DNA of 61,798 nt, the filler included, from Asterionella formosa (lineage: Eukaryota): the NCBI GenBank assembly GCA_002256025.1. It is 19 parts of 19 records of this genome, joined end to end, with 100 filler letters (N's around TTAATTAATTAA, not from the genome) between each part and the next. Parts side by side here need not be neighbours in the genome. Positions count along the whole stretch, not along the records: positions 48,888 to 52,040 come from NKIB01014425.1; positions 52,141 to 55,293 come from NKIB01014426.1; positions 55,394 to 58,545 come from NKIB01014427.1; positions 58,646 to 61,798 come from NKIB01014428.1; 15 more parts are not named here. One strand, written 5' to 3'. The position numbers were made by a program, and so were the translations under genes. The notes beneath the pieces are model-generated. The model was not told the origin of the DNA. It did no database searches and saw nothing but the letters and a program-made list of their open reading frames with translations. Each line of letters starts with the position of its first letter. The stretch's first letter is position 1. Shown here in pieces: positions 49,570 to 61,224 of the stretch.

Positions 49570-50085
49570 TCAATAATCGGCATACATATCCTCGCCTAAG
49601 AATGCATAATCCCCAAGTTTGGTAATCCTCTTGTCTGTATAGTCAATTGCTTCAAACCATGTGCGGTCATTAGGCGCGTCATTGTCAAGTTCGGTGTTGG
49701 TCAACGCTTCCAACTTGTTGAAATTTTCGAATGTCTGAGCTGCCACCTTGGTTGGAGGCATATGCAAGTTGTCTTCGTCATAATCTTCGTCATAAAATGT
49801 CAAATATCTATTCACAGTTCGCCCAAGTGACTCGTTTCCAAGCAGCTGACCTTGATATTCGACTTTGCCCATTATTTTGTCGTAATCATCCATTTTGGCA
49901 GCACTCGAAGTGTAGTAGCTCCCAGAATTGAGATTAACTTCCTTCAAATGAACGCTCTGAAAGTAGCGGATTGAAAGATAATTCGCTGTAGTGGTGCCTT
50001 TCATAGCAAAGGTCGACTTGCTAGCTGTGGTTACCCGTGCCGAGCAAGCAAGGCCTTGGTTCATGACAATTTTCACTGTCAACAT
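49570..50085 (-). CDS. Hypothetical protein, 171 aa
   Basis: ATG-initiated intact ORF with an S/T/R/K-rich N-terminus (possible mitochondrial presequence) and acidic C-terminus; convergent with the USP gene. Confidence 0.55.
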   Translation of the reverse strand: MLTVKIVMNQGLACSARVTTASKSTFAMKGTTTANYLSIRYFQSVHLKEVNLNSGSYYTSSAAKMDDYDKIMGKVEYQGQLLGNESLGRTVNRYLTFYDEDYDEDNLHMPPTKVAAQTFENFNKLEALTNTELDNDAPNDRTWFEAIDYTDKRITKLGDYAFLGEDMYADY

Positions 50086-50457
50086 GGTGATCGTTTCGTC
50101 TCCTTGATTCTTGTTAGTTTACTCTTTCTCTTAATACCTTAAAATTGCACTCAATTATTGCTCCCTCAAACTTTTGTGAGACATGAAATGATAATAATAA
50201 ATCAAGTTGACATCTACCAAGGATCATGTTTCTTTTTCATATATTTTAGACACCATGCTGAAACCTGCCTGGTGACATCATCGTTCTTTCCTAGCTTTGT
50301 GCGCTTTTATTACTATGTATCATATAAGTTTGTGTAAACTGAATTATTGGTTGTACCAGGTAGCATGTACAAGGTGCCAGGTAGCAGGTACCAGGTACCA
50401 GGTACCGATACTTCAAACAATACATACGGTTCTTGAATACGGGTACCGGTACCGGTA

Positions 50458-51915
50458 CCTATAAAAAACTGCCATGACCCATTGAGTTAGCGTGTTTGTT
50501 TGACTTCTCCGACTAAGGGTAAATTCTATCGAATTTTGGACCCATCTGTTTGATAGTGTCAGAACAGCATCAATCAATCAAGCTGTCGTGTTGAAATTAT
50601 AATTCAACGATTACATCAGAAGATACAATGATAATAAAACAGCTAAGAAGTGATTTCAATGGGTCATGGCAGTATATACTTTTTTCTTAATAGATTTATA
50701 TAAATTTATATGCATTTTCGAGGACGGATTAGGTCATGTGTTAATGCACTTTTATTTCATTATACCTTTTTTTCATGCCGCACCTTCCACCATCATGATG
50801 CTCCTCCAACTTTCAAGTCCAATGGTCAGATCATTGCAATCCCATTGGCCACAGCATCACCTGCATCTTCAGCAGCATGCTGAGGATCAGGAAGCTGTGC
50901 TGCAGCAAGTGCATTTTGTGGAATCTGCTCCCCTCGATGGCAAGTGTCGATGTACCTTTGAAGCAGCTGTTGCCTTGTATTTGGTACCGGTGCATTACCC
51001 TCACATTTATACCAAATTACAAGAGTTCTGAGTTCAGTAACATTGTATGATTCAATCAGCTTTCCAGTTGCTCTCACAGCATCAACCTTGTCCACCATTT
51101 TTTGAAATCGAATATTTGCTCGCTTTTCCTTTTCGTCTTGTTCAAGCTGTTGTATTTTCATAACTTCTTCTGCATGATACCAAAGTTCTGGACCAAGTCG
51201 ACAGTTACCAGCAGCAAAGTGTAGTCCAGCTGTAATCCTTTTGTGTTGATCTATTGCAGCCTGTGCTGTTTCCTTTTGTTTCCTTGCATGATCATCAGCA
51301 TCTATTCCATTCCTTGCATCTTCTCTCTTGCGAAAGGCAACAATTTTTTCTGTCAATGACCCAGAATATCCGTCTGTCAGATTCAGCATTACAGGAGTTA
51401 CATTCAAGTTGGTTGTGGTTCCAGCAAGTGATGAATTGAGTTGAGTGCTTCTTGTATTCTGTATTTCCGCAGTGAGCAGAAGGTTATAGTTGAGAGGCCC
51501 CCACCATCCTCGTTCTGAGACTGCTTTTCTGTTTGTTCTTTTATTTGCAAAGCTTTTTTCCCAGGCAGTTGAAACAAGGGCAACAATGTCAGATTTCTCA
51601 ATAGCAAAAGGCAAATCATGTTCAGTCTTTTTGGTAAGTAGGTCTCGCTTTGCAACTATCAGTTCCATTTTGAAACTTCCATTCTGCTCCAACGAATCTC
51701 CAACTTGCCAGGAGGAGGTTCCATAAGGGACACCTATACACACACTCCATGGGGTCAAAGGGCTGTTGATATATTCGAGAAAGGAGCAATCGAATCTGGA
51801 GCCATGTCCATCTAGGATGAGGAAAGGGTTTATTCCATCACTGCGGTCAAACAATTCCAAAGAATCCATTTGGGCCAACATTCTCACCAACAGTTCTGCA
51901 GTAATGCTTCCTGCA
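50458..51915 (-). mobile_element. pogo/Fot1-like DDE_1 transposon, 3' half (ORF part 50826-51915)
   Basis: GSITAELL..PFLILDGHGSRF..CIGVPYGTSSWQVGDSLEQNGSFK..AWEKSF..NRKAVSERGW. An 18-bp inverted repeat ACTGCCATGACCCATTGA lies at 50468-50485 and 50656-50673. The 5' part is replaced by unrelated sequence starting TA|CAGCCGCCACAAAA at 51938. Confidence 0.8.
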
Positions 51916-52140
51916 TCTACAACGCCGATTACTGGTACAGCCGCCACAAAAAAAACGCTAGTCAAATATGATCACCCAAATTAATTATTTGGGTGGCCCA
52001 ATATGACGAATTTAGCTACGTACATAATTTAAGGGTATGANNNNNNNNNNNNNNNNNNNNNNNNNNNNNNNNNNNNNNNNNNNNTTAATTAATTAANNNN
52101 NNNNNNNNNNNNNNNNNNNNNNNNNNNNNNNNNNNNNNNN

Positions 52141-55063
52141 TGTCAGTTTCAGTGGGCACTACGGGCACTCCACTGGCTTCATCGAGAAGATACAAGAAGC
52201 CACATTTTCGTTTCCGATAAAGACCAATGAGATCATTTGTAAGGAGATTATGCTTTGCCTCATTGAAAGCCCAGCCATCTGTCTGTACAAACTCAACCTT
52301 TCCCTCTGAGAATTGATTGGCTTTCCTTTCAAGAATGTGATGGATCTTGCTGGGTTGGGTAAATTCTAAAAGCAAATTTGCGAACTTTACAGCTGTATTT
52401 GCGGAAGCCGCTGACTCAAGTGACAAGGAGCCATCATGTTTCCTCTTCAACTTATAGGGCAAGATAACAAAGCTTGTCGGAAAGGTGCTTGCTTTAACAT
52501 TGAAAACTCGTTTGGCTAATGAACTCACATTTAGAGTCGCTCGCTGAGATCTAAAGTGTTCGCTTGATTTCGTGTTTCTCAGAATAGACCGTCTTGACGA
52601 CACTGAAGATGAAATCGATAGCATGCTACCAGAAGATAAAAATTTCTGCTTCTTCGTGTTGTTGCCTTCTAATCGGGATCGGATGACTTTGGCGCAAGGT
52701 GAAATTGATATATCTAATACTTTTTTCCCCCCATAAGTTTTCATTGCCGACAATTTCTTCACGGCGTTCAAATCAAGAGAGTTCACAATTCGCTCAACGC
52801 TTAGTACATAGTTGTCTTTTTCGTCAGCCATGGACTCATCAAATGTACACATCCAGACCCATGCAGATCGAGCGGCTGGATCAAATAAGCTATCGTCAAA
52901 ATCAGACATTTCAGCATGAAATTTGGCCTCAGCACGAATGAGGGACTCAATACGCTGCATTCGATCAGCATCTTTGCGGAAAGGAAGAATATTTGGATAA
53001 AAGGCAAAGATGAGGTCAGACCTGCGTACTAGGTCTTCCGCATGGCTTCCATTGTCCATCACAGATTGGGTCCACTTTACACCATCTTTTCCTGTTTTGG
53101 TTTCTTGGTCATGCTTAACTGATTCATCAGACAAATTTTGATGTCTGCGACTTTCAAGGAGTTCCAATGGGAGTGCATCACTTTTGAAAACAGACTGAAG
53201 TGCATTGAGATCGCAAGGGACAGTAGCTGCCTCTGGATAGGTTGCTAGAACTATTTCAAGTGTGTTGTACTGAACCATAAAGATTGACGCAATATGAAGT
53301 GGTAAAATTCTTCCGACGCTGCCTCGTCGACGACATGATGCACGAGTAGCAGCAATCGGCTCCAATACAATATCAATGGAAAGTGCCATTTCTTGATGCA
53401 GCCGAGTGAGTTTTGCCATATCTTCTCCACTTGAAATACTCCCATTTTGAAATTTAAAATGCCAATCTGACTCCCACTCAAGAAGGCGACGGGCTAACAA
53501 GTGCACAGGAAGATCACTGTTCTTATCGGGCACTGCACATGCTTCCTTAAATGCCCATGCAACAATTTCAATAATAGAACGGAACATGATGATATCATCA
53601 ACAAGGTGATCTAAAATACTCAAAAGATCGGTCTTTTTCTTCTTCCTGAATCGATCTGGGAAACATCGATGGCAAGCTACATGAAGAGCTAGTCTGCCAT
53701 CAGTTCGCATTTTCCCCTTGGCTAATTCTGGCTGTCCATTAAGTATTGTTTGGATTTCTTCGGGAACTGCAAATACTTTGTTAAGAGTGGCAAAAAACTC
53801 CTTCTTGGTTGTATTAGATTGAAAAACAGCACAAGCAGCACCAGCACCATTAACACATGCAGCAGATACCCTCAATATATCATTGACACTGGAAGTATGA
53901 TTTCTGTTTTCCTGAATTGGTTCCTTATAATTTTTTGATTCATTGGAAGGGGGGACTTCATAGATTCCATCGACAATGCTGTTGAAGGTTGATATAGCCC
54001 AGTTGTTGTTATCTTTCTGCTCATCTTCTTGTTCTGTCAAAACTGGCAGTGCATTGGATGGAATGACTTGCATCTCGAGCTCATTCATATTAGCAATGTC
54101 TGGACTAGTTTTATTCACCTCAAAATTTTCATACCACAGAAGATTTCCATTGGTATATGGTACAATATCAATAACATCAGATGTTCCCAAGATGGAAGTT
54201 GTAACTGCAAGATCTTTATTCAAGGGGGATTTTTTTGTAAAAATAAACGGGGCATTGAAGTCATTTGAGGTATCTCGCTCATCACTAGTGCAGTATGTTG
54301 AAGTGGGGAAGGCATACTTGGGATCACAGTGAAAGCTGAAGTCGACATCAATATTTCTATTGACCTTCGCTTTAAGTCCTTGGTCATCTTTAGAACATGC
54401 TGCAAAAGCAGCATGGTTTACTTCTTGCTTCGACCCCATTTGATCCTGACCAGTTCTCAACCCAGTTGCTATAGACGTCGGATCTCCACCCTGCAATGGA
54501 AACTTTTGCATCTTCTTGGCTTCCAGTTCCTGGTCTGATGCAGTAAATATAGCCCAAGCAGCATCAATTGCTTGTTGCTGCACATCCCTTTGACCCTGTC
54601 TTTCTATCTTGGCTGCAGCACTTGTGGGTCCTCCTGGCTGATGTGAACCTTGTTGCATCTCATCTTCCGATGTCGAAATGCTTTCGCAACTGGACAAGGA
54701 GCTTGAATCTTCTGAGTTTGCTTGTTCAAGTTTTCTGGCATAGTCATCATACGTGACAGACTTCCTCCCTTGTCGTAGATCGCGCTCCACTTCCTTCTGT
54801 TTCGCCTCCTTTTCCAGTTTCGTTTTCGCTGACCTGGGAAAGAGTCGGAACTTTTTCTTCTCGCGGTCCTCTAGAGTTTTGCGAAATCCTTTGACAGTCT
54901 CTTTCACTACTGACTTGATTGCCTTAACTCCAGTGCCTTTTGCATTGTAGATAACCTCTACGCCAAGCGAAACTAGCTCTTCTCTCAGTGGGAACCTAGG
55001 AGGCTTATCGCAAACGCACGTGACGCAAATGTCGACATTGTCGAGGACTGCGTATTGGACCAT
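52141..55063 (-). CDS. Large protein (>970 aa) with ankyrin-like LPLH repeats, 3'-truncated
   Basis: Single long ORF with GRLALHVAC, SDLPVHLLA, GRILPLHIAS, YPEAA and ALPLEL motifs, plus a C-terminal PTSFVILPYKL..LYLLDEASGVPV segment. Confidence 0.8.
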
Positions 55064-55395
55064 GTTACCCAGTTACCGCAAAGTGCGCTATTATCAAAGT
55101 CAAAACCTAGTTTCAATGCGAAGAAGTGGCGCTCAAATGCCGGTATCATGATATAAAGTGGTTTTCCAGGGAATTGTTTGGTGACGATAAAATTCGCAAG
55201 AAAATATAAAAGTTGTCGAGAACACTGGCCGTTCAACGGTCAAAGACCATATTACAGAGTTCGTCTCACCCTTCTTACGATACATACAATTCCNNNNNNN
55301 NNNNNNNNNNNNNNNNNNNNNNNNNNNNNNNNNNNNNTTAATTAATTAANNNNNNNNNNNNNNNNNNNNNNNNNNNNNNNNNNNNNNNNNNNNAT

Positions 55396-55845
55396 GGTTG
55401 TGCCAAGGCCATTGCAGTGGCTCTCAAGGACAATACTGTCTTGACTAAACTTGATCTCTCTCGTAATTCAATTGGTGATGATGGAGCCAAGGCCATTGCT
55501 GAAGCTCTCAAGGTCAATACTGTCTTGACTGCACTTGATCTCAGAGTTAATTCAATTGGTGATGACGGAGCCAAGGCCATTGCTGAAGCTCTCAAGGTCA
55601 ATACTGTCTTGACTACACTTAATCTCTATAGTAATTCAATTGGTGATGACGGAGCCAAGGTCAATGCAGAAGCTCTCAAGGTCAATACTGTCTTGACTAC
55701 ACTTTATCTCTATGGTAATTCAATTGATGTTGACGGAGCCAAGGCCATTGCAGAAGCTCTCAAGGACAATACTGTCTTGACTACACTTAATCTCAGTAGT
55801 AATATAATTGGTGATGACGAAGCCAAGGGCATCATCATTATGTGA
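55396..55845 (+). CDS. RNI-like (NLRC3-type) 28-aa LRR array, 5'-truncated; ends abruptly, possibly a pseudogene
   Basis: Five 84-bp repeats of GAKAIAEALKVNTVLTxLxLxxNSIGDD. Confidence 0.9.
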   Translation, partial: GCAKAIAVALKDNTVLTKLDLSRNSIGDDGAKAIAEALKVNTVLTALDLRVNSIGDDGAKAIAEALKVNTVLTTLNLYSNSIGDDGAKVNAEALKVNTVLTTLYLYGNSIDVDGAKAIAEALKDNTVLTTLNLSSNIIGDDEAKGIIIM

Positions 55846-56119
55846 AAATGTGAAGTACACCCAACATGTCAATTATGCTTCCTGGTAAGACATCATTTTA
55901 CTATGATGCACATGTATTTAGTACACTCTAGTTCTATTCCTATTTGCTAAAAATTTGGGTGTGAGATTTGACTATTTTAGGATTTGGTCAATGCGGTGGG
56001 AAAAATATGAAATATTCGATTATTGTTGAAAAAAATCCTTGATCAAATGTTGTGTTTTGATACTTTCACCTGCAATTCTTGGCTTTGGTATTTGGTTGAT
56101 GCAGCCAGTGGAGATGCTC

Positions 56120-56810
56120 TAAATTGAGCTTTCACCAAGAATGTACACCCTTTCCATACACTTAGATACAGCCATTGATCAAAGTAGGTGTATAATAGGT
56201 CAACTCTATATATTGTCAGTATATAGGATCTGGCAAGAAACTGCAGAAAGGAACTTCGGTTTTTTTACTATGCTATAAAGAATAGATATTTGGCATAGTA
56301 AAAACACGAAGTTCCTTTCTGCAATTTCTCACCAGAAGTTATTTTCTGATGCTATTTGAAGGTTACCTATGTATCTAAATTGCCTTCAGACTCAGCCAAT
56401 GTTGAGCTATTGCTGTCCAAAAGGTTAACAAAATCGGCCTTTTCACCAGTCTCAAAAATATCGGAATCAGAATCACTTAGTGCGGAAACGTCATCATCCG
56501 AATCAGAGTTTTGTGATGCAATATTCACTAGTAATATTTCCTGTAACAAAAATTCTACTATAAGTGCGCTTAGTATTATATACTGATTGGCTAATGCGAA
56601 TTATTTTCTGTTGCGAATTATTTTCTTCCGTTCGATTGGCCCGGTTTGCGAGGGCTTGCAAACCCACACCGGCCACACTGGATACACATGTAAAATCTTC
56701 TTGGGTGATCTGGTACTGGTAGATGATCATCATTGGACATACGTGTACCACTCCGAGCTAGAGTGCACTTTCAAATATTTGCCCATCCGCCAGGTCATAT
56801 GACACATAAT
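56120..56810. repeat. Dispersed repeat (homolog of 17940-18600) containing a long imperfect palindrome
   Basis: GCAGAAAGGAACTTCGGTTTTTTTACTATGC is inverted to GCATAGTAAAAACACGAAGTTCCTTTCTGC, with weaker pairing extending to about 56190-56375. Confidence 0.88.
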
Positions 56811-58645
56811 CGTTGATGGGTGATTGACCATGCTGACTTTGCAATGTACCACCGTTATTTACTTTCGGCGGGAAGTGAAACTTTGATCTGAATTGTTTTA
56901 CTCCATATTTGAATACTTTTGTTTATACATTTAAATTTTGAATTCAGGAGTTTAATTGCATGAACATTTCCAGATTTGCGTGAATTCATAGTCAAATATG
57001 TATATAAAATGGCATATATATCATATGCCATTCAAAGGTTGCTCATCTCCCCAAACTTCCAGCTTCCAGGGAACCAGGTACCTGGTACCAGGGTACCATA
57101 CCACCAGGTACATGTGTGTGTTCATACCAGTACCACCGGGACAAAGTTGATTCTATGTTATTGAGTTGTCTGCATCCGCACATGCGTCCCAATGATTGCA
57201 ATAAACACACAAAAAGGAGGAGATACATTCGAAACGACACGACGACGTCTTTAAAAAAAGGCCTAAGTCGCTGACTAGAGCACAAACTATTACTCGGACA
57301 TGATTATTTTTATGCAGCTGCACATACGTGTAATTGGTTAGTACCTGGTACCTGGGGTCTGGTACCAGGACACCTGTTTAGTCACAGGCGCGGAGTAATA
57401 TTGGCCGTATTGGTTGTCGTACCTCGTTGTTCTATCAGGTAGCATGTACTCCGTAGACAGAAAAGAGTGTTTATTATTGTAATTACGGAACTGTTATGTT
57501 TTTATTATCAATTAGGGTATGTTTTGTTAAACTGTTAGTTGGAATTTACGTTTACACTATTCTTTATGGATGTTTCCCTGATTATGATACATACATGGTG
57601 AGTGATGCTTGTTTTGTAAACTCGTACATTTTGCATACAGAAGGATCGATCATCATGGAGATGGAGATGAAAAGCACACCGTCACCATCTGGGGGTAGCC
57701 GGAGTGAAACAAGTCCATATATAAAATGTATTCGCAACAGCAACAAATCAGAAATGATTCCTCGGAGAAAGTGATGAGTGAGTACCATGTACTGGTACCA
57801 GGTACCTGTCGTATCCCCGTCGTCTTGGTCTACAGTATTAGGGGTTTATTATATAGAGAGGAGGATCAGAACAGCTGGATATGTTCCGATCCTGAGAATT
57901 TGAGAAAAAGGATTATGTATGCACTATTTACTTATAGAAGTAGAATTACTCTACAGGAAGAGAGGAATGGATTGACCATTGGAGATCATTTCCATTTTTC
58001 ACAGTTTATATCATAATTTTAGTTTACGTTTTACATTTTAACCTTTATTATCCGGTATTGCCACTGAGAATATCGTCACTGTTTAAGACGGGTTTTGGTT
58101 AAGAAGGCTAGCCAGTCCATTTTCTCTCCACTACATAATATATTAGGAGAAAGTTATGGTGATCACGTTTTTACTATTTACATAGCAAAATACTATGGCC
58201 CATATTTCGATTCATGACGTATGTTTGCAATATATTAGCTTTTTTGATGAAAATGTAACTTCGTCAAAGCATAGAATTTCTGGCGACAACCATGATGTCA
58301 TAACTTCGGCAAGACCATCATCATTGTTGTAACTGTTGATTGTTATTTGCACTTATGTCCTGTCGTTGCTCTTGTAAGCACAGCGGATGATGCAATGTGG
58401 CTGGAGGAGGAACGGCAGGGGAGACGCCGACTTGATGGGGGGGGGGAGGGGGGCATCGAACTGAATGCAGGAAGAAATAATCAGCAATCAGCCGCATGTG
58501 ACAGGGTCGATTTCAAGGAATAATGTGGCAGCAAGCAATCTCCGGNNNNNNNNNNNNNNNNNNNNNNNNNNNNNNNNNNNNNNNNNNNNTTAATTAATTA
58601 ANNNNNNNNNNNNNNNNNNNNNNNNNNNNNNNNNNNNNNNNNNNN

Positions 58646-59106
58646 ATCTTTAGTGTTTTTTGAATTTTATTTTGTAAGTTATCACCAATTGAATTACATC
58701 CGAGATCAATTGTAGTCAAGACAGTATTGACCTTGAGAGCCTCTGCAATGGCCATGGCTCCGTCAACACCAATTGAATTATATCTGAGATCAAGTGTAGT
58801 CAAGACAGTATTGTCCTTGAGAGTCTCAGCAATGGCCTTGGCTCCGTCATCACCAATTGAATTCACAAAGAGATCAAGTGTAGTCAAGACAGTATTGACC
58901 TTGAGTGCCTCTGCAATGGCCTTGGCTCCGTCAGCACCAATTGAATTATCATGGAGATTAAGTGTAGACAAGACAGTATTGACCTTGAGAGCCTCTGCAA
59001 TGGCCTTGGCTCCATCAACACCAATAAAATTATATCGGAGATAAAGTTCAGTCAAACTTGGATCATTCGCTTTCAACCGTTTGACATCTTCTTCCCATCT
59101 AGGCAT
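58646..59106 (-). CDS. RNI-like (NLRC3-type) 28-aa LRR protein, N-terminus, 3'-truncated
   Basis: N-cap MPRWEEDVKRLKANDPSLTEL, five 84-bp repeats with the same framework as 55396-55845, then cap-like GDNLQNKIQKTLK running into the contig end. Confidence 0.92.
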
Positions 59107-59260
59107 TGTCAATGTCGTTGTCTGTACGTTCAGGTACAGCGCAGTCTGGGCGCCAGTATAAATAGCCGGTACAAATACATTGTAAACACAGTCCACAGCT
59201 ACTTGGTACGGGTGTATTGTTGTTACATTGGGGTACATACATGTTGTACATAATGGTATA

Positions 59261-60010
59261 CCTAATACAACATAGGACTAACTTCCAGTCTATATCAAGA
59301 TTTAGGGAACCTCTCGTCTATCAATATTGTTTGATGCAGTTTTTGGGTTCATGGTAAGAACAGAAACTCTGAGGAGCTGGTTATGAAAGGAGAACATTTA
59401 CAAATGGATTTCAATTCTTGCCAAGTCCGCAACACCAGAAGGTATAATGAAAATTGTTCCATTGAGGAAGCAATATTTGTTTGTCATGCATAGTAAAACC
59501 AGGAGACAAGATTTGTGTAGAAAAATATGCACTGTAAGCCACCGCTATGCAACAATCTTAATGACTTTAAAAAAATTAGATCTTCATGGTTTTATACACT
59601 CCTGAATCGAAACTGATTTCTTATTCGTAGAAAAGAGTGCATCGTGTAACATACACTTCGTACTTGCATCAGGTTTCGATTGTTATATTACTTGAATATT
59701 TTTTAGTCGGAAGATGGAGTAAAATAACGGTGGCTTACAGTTTTTAAGTGGTTCCTAATACAACATAGGAGTATCTACCAGTCTATATCAAGATTTAGGG
59801 AACCTCTCATCTATCAAGATGTTTGATGCAGTTTTTGGGTTCATGGTAAGAACAGAAACTCGGAGGAGCTGGTTAAGAAAGGAGAACATTTACAAATGGA
59901 TTTCAATTCTTGCCAAGTCCGCAACCCCAGAAGGTATAATGAAAATTGTTCCATTGAGGAAGCAATATTTGTTTGTCATGCATACTAGTAAAACCAGGAG
60001 AAAAGATTTG
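59261..60010 (+). repeat. About 255-bp direct repeat (59261-59514 and 59754-60010)
   Basis: CCTAATACAACATAGGA...AAAACCAGGAGA.AAGATTTG is duplicated with few differences. Confidence 0.92.
59531..59741. mobile_element. MITE, 211 bp
   Basis: TIRs ACTGTAAGCCACCGCTAT / ATAACGGTGGCTTACAGT (17 of 18), AT-rich non-coding interior; no clean TSD. Confidence 0.75.
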
Positions 60011-60690
60011 ATCAAATCAAAACATTTGAAAAAGTATTTGTTAATAGTGCAACAACTGGAAAGAAGTGGAAGCCAGAAGCAATGTGTATTCCAAAATACA
60101 AATAATTTTCTCCACAATTGGCAGCATCACAAGCAAAGAAAAAATTTATGCATTATACATTGGATCCGCTAATTGACGCATTCCCAGATTCATGTCAGTG
60201 ATGCTGCTTCATTTGAAGTAGCTAGTAATTGTTTCACTGCGACATCGGTTTGGCCAACAGAACTACTCTGAACATTTTCATAAGTTATTGAAAGATCCTG
60301 GAAGTATTCGTAAATGGACTAGAAGAGTTTTTTCAAGGACTCAGTTTTCTGAGCGTGTAAATATAATTTCACAAAAGGTCCATGTTAAATGGTGGGCTGA
60401 TATTGCCCGGAGTCAGTCATTACCATTAAGATCCAAGTGGATAATGTTTTCAACATGGATGAGACTTTCATTCTTGTCTACCCTGGTAAAGACAAGGTAC
60501 TTTTACTAAAAGATCCTTGGTTCCAGTTGAAAATGACAAAAAGGGAGTCACACTGGCAGTCACAGCTAGTCTTCTTCCTTCACAACTTCTCCCATTATTC
60601 ATCATAGATTCTGGATCATTTGGAGCAGATCTGATGACCTCTTGGAGCAACTACACAAAGTCAACAGTTATTTTCAACAAATCAAATTTA
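59760..60690 (+). pseudogene. Degenerate pogo-type DDE_1 transposase
   Basis: Frameshifted fragments SIRKWTRRVFSRTQFSERVNIISQKV, VDNVFNMDETFILVYP and ENDKKGVTLAVTAS..LLPLFIIDSGSFG..KSTVIFN. Confidence 0.7.
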
Positions 60691-60739
60691 TGACTCAATA
60701 ATCTTTTTTAATTGGAAGAGACAAAAGAAGAGACACAGT

Positions 60740-61224
60740 AGAGCGTATGATAGACCTACCACAGCTATGACAGGTACAATATATTTCACCCACTGCCGGG
60801 TTACCTTGATAGTAATTCTGGTTTCTTTAACAACTGTAAATGAATGCTGACAAACAAAGTATATCTCCACTTCAAATTTTACCAGGTTGCTTAGACAAGT
60901 CGTGAGGTTGCTTGAGGCCCCTGCTTGTTTACTGAGTTGTTTAATATAAACAATTCTGGGACAGCTCTCCTTTAATTCAGCATCGATAGTACGAAGAATC
61001 TTCATTATTTGTGGTATTTAAGCTTTCAAAAAAGAGAACATGGCCTGGCCTTGTTGATTTATTTGTGTCACTTCAGTTTTTAAATCTTGCACTTCAAGAT
61101 TTATTTGTTTCACTTCAGTTGGCAAACCTTGCACTCCACGATTTATTTGTTTCACTTCAGTTGCAATCACTTGCATCGAGGTGAATTTTTTTTTATTAAT
61201 ATCACCTCCACCTTTACTAAACAT
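60740..61224 (-). pseudogene. ROCO/TORNADO-like C-terminal domain remnant with 14-aa coiled-coil repeats
   Basis: Three 42-bp repeats (TEV(K/T)QIN, at 61057, 61099, 61141), an in-frame TAA at 61018-61020, then SCPRIVYI..IYFVCQHSF..WVKYIVPVI, which resembles from recall the C-terminus of stramenopile LRR-ROCO proteins. Confidence 0.5.

Noticed and set aside
55396..55845. CRISPR-like array (constant repeat plus variable insert)
   Set aside because: The unit is 84 bp, in frame and encodes LRRs; the variable part is only 6 nt; no cas genes are present.
58646..59106. Diversity-generating retroelement behind the LRR variability
   Set aside because: No template repeat or DGR-type RT is visible. 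The only RT is a Ty3 pol on another contig, and adjacent AAT codons stay invariant, which does not fit adenine-specific mutagenesis.
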